A stretch of DNA of 36,825 nucleotides from Rickettsiales bacterium (GTDB lineage: Bacteria > Pseudomonadota > Alphaproteobacteria > Rickettsiales > UBA1997). The notes below the pieces were generated by a model. That model searched no databases and was not told where the DNA came from. It saw nothing but the letters and a program-made list of their open reading frames with translations. The DNA lies in the NCBI GenBank assembly GCA_032119875.1, contig JAUMFK010000076.1, positions 1 to 36,825 of the forward strand, in the 5' to 3' direction. Numbering within the stretch: position 1 is the stretch's first letter; every line of letters begins with the position of its first letter. Of this stretch, positions 35,908-36,825 are shown piece after piece. The position numbers and the translations under genes were made by a program.

Positions 35908-36825
35908 ATGATAGAACTAAATTTAACTAAGGTTAATAATTTTCTTGCTTCACAAAATATTTTAGAACCAAAAATTATTAAAATTGCTGGCGATGCTTCT
36001 TTTCGCTCATATTATCGCATTTTAAATGCTGATAAATCTTATATTTTAATGTTTGCACCAGTTGGCTATGAAGATCCTAAACCTTTCATAAAAATTGCTA
36101 CTTTTTTACAAGAAAATAATTTTTTTGCTCCGCAAATTTTTGCCTATCAATCAGAAGATGGTTTTTTATTATTACAAGATTTTGGTGATATTAATTTTAA
36201 TAAAGCTTTACAGCAAAACCCATTAATTGAACTTTCTTTATATAAAAAAGCTTGTTTAGTGTTGGTTAATTTGCAAAAACTTACTACTAAACCAAAAATT
36301 TTAAGCTATAATAATTATATTTTACTAAAAGAAGCTTGGTTATTTATTGATTGGTATTTACCTTGGCAAAAAAAACAAGCTACTATTTTACAAAAAGCTT
36401 TTTATAAAAACGAATTATTAAAATTGTTTGATAAATTAAACAAGCAAAATCATTATTTAGTGCTTCGTGATTACCATGTTGATAATTTGATGTTAATTAA
36501 TTATAATAATTGTCAAGAAGTTGGTCTACTTGATTTTCAAGATGCTCTGATTGGTTCTTTTGCTTATGATTTAGTTTCTTTACTTGAAGATGCCAGAAGA
36601 GATGTTGATAAACAAAACAAAATAATTTTATATCAATATTTTTTAGAACAAAGCGGTTATGATAAAAATAGTTTTGATGTTGATTATCAGGTGCTTTCTT
36701 TGCAGAGAAATTTAAAAATATTAGGTATTTTTGCTAGATTAGCAATAAGAGATAATAAACAACAATATTTACAATTTATTCCTAGAGTAAAGCAATTAAT
36801 AATAAATAGAATTTCTGAAAATTAT
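35908..36825 (+). CDS. Aminoglycoside-phosphotransferase-fold kinase, AmgK-like (MurNAc/GlcNAc anomeric kinase family); 3'-truncated by the window edge
   Basis: Open frame of 306 codons from the ATG at 35908 to the window end; it is not in the track because it has no stop. Motifs IAGDASFRSYYRI, LRDYHVDNLM and LLDFQDA give a kinase HxDxxxxN plus DFx layout. Confidence 0.65.
   Translation, partial: MIELNLTKVNNFLASQNILEPKIIKIAGDASFRSYYRILNADKSYILMFAPVGYEDPKPFIKIATFLQENNFFAPQIFAYQSEDGFLLLQDFGDINFNKALQQNPLIELSLYKKACLVLVNLQKLTTKPKILSYNNYILLKEAWLFIDWYLPWQKKQATILQKAFYKNELLKLFDKLNKQNHYLVLRDYHVDNLMLINYNNCQEVGLLDFQDALIGSFAYDLVSLLEDARRDVDKQNKIILYQYFLEQSGYDKNSFDVDYQVLSLQRNLKILGIFARLAIRDNKQQYLQFIPRVKQLIINRISENY

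Overview
AT-rich (roughly 30% G+C by eye), gene-dense bacterial chromosome segment that uses the standard genetic code. The housekeeping genes look alphaproteobacterial with a streamlined or reduced genome: LDH-type mdh, nuoABC, ccoG, an ELM1/DUF1022-like gene, hemE/hemH and ybeY-corC. That taxonomic placement is inference only.

The window has two parts.

(1) nt 1-13351 looks ORF-free in the supplied track. It is in fact a single uninterrupted minus-strand reading frame. It starts at the ATG at 13351 and runs off the left edge, so it has no stop in the window and was not listed. I translated it by hand codon by codon and found no in-frame stop. It encodes more than 4,450 aa of a membrane-anchored, cysteine-rich protein (about 145 Cys by hand count). 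It is also rich in Asn, Ser, Thr, Gly, Tyr and Asp, and I recognised no catalytic motif. Its most C-terminal visible part is built from tandem four-cysteine modules that resemble sushi/CCP domains. This is the stand-out candidate for something undescribed.

(2) nt 13380-36825 is an ordinary core-genome stretch. In order it carries:
- murD, then five tRNAs in the window (Ser-GGA, Tyr-GTA, Gly-TCC, Thr-TGT, Lys-TTT), all with encoded CCA
- a periplasmic cyclophilin and a small secreted Ala/Pro/Lys-rich repeat protein
- plsC, tmk, mdh, ftsI, coaD and an ELM1-like gene
- a pilin-like hypothetical, hemH, ybeY, corC/tlyC and ccoG
- pyrC, an ABC ATPase and pyrB
- nuoABC plus a translationally coupled small membrane ORF
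- hisF, cytochrome b561, bolA, hemE, hisC and a 3'-truncated AmgK-like kinase

The 298-bp bolA/hemE divergent intergenic region carries two identical DnaA-box-like 9-mers, three perfect 13-mers, eight copies of a GTTAATA core and one exact TTAA-N7-TTAA. It is a good candidate for oriC.

I saw no mobile elements, CRISPR arrays, rRNA genes or obvious defence or toxin systems. All protein calls rest on motifs read by eye. Individual residues in my hand translation may be wrong, and no database search was possible.
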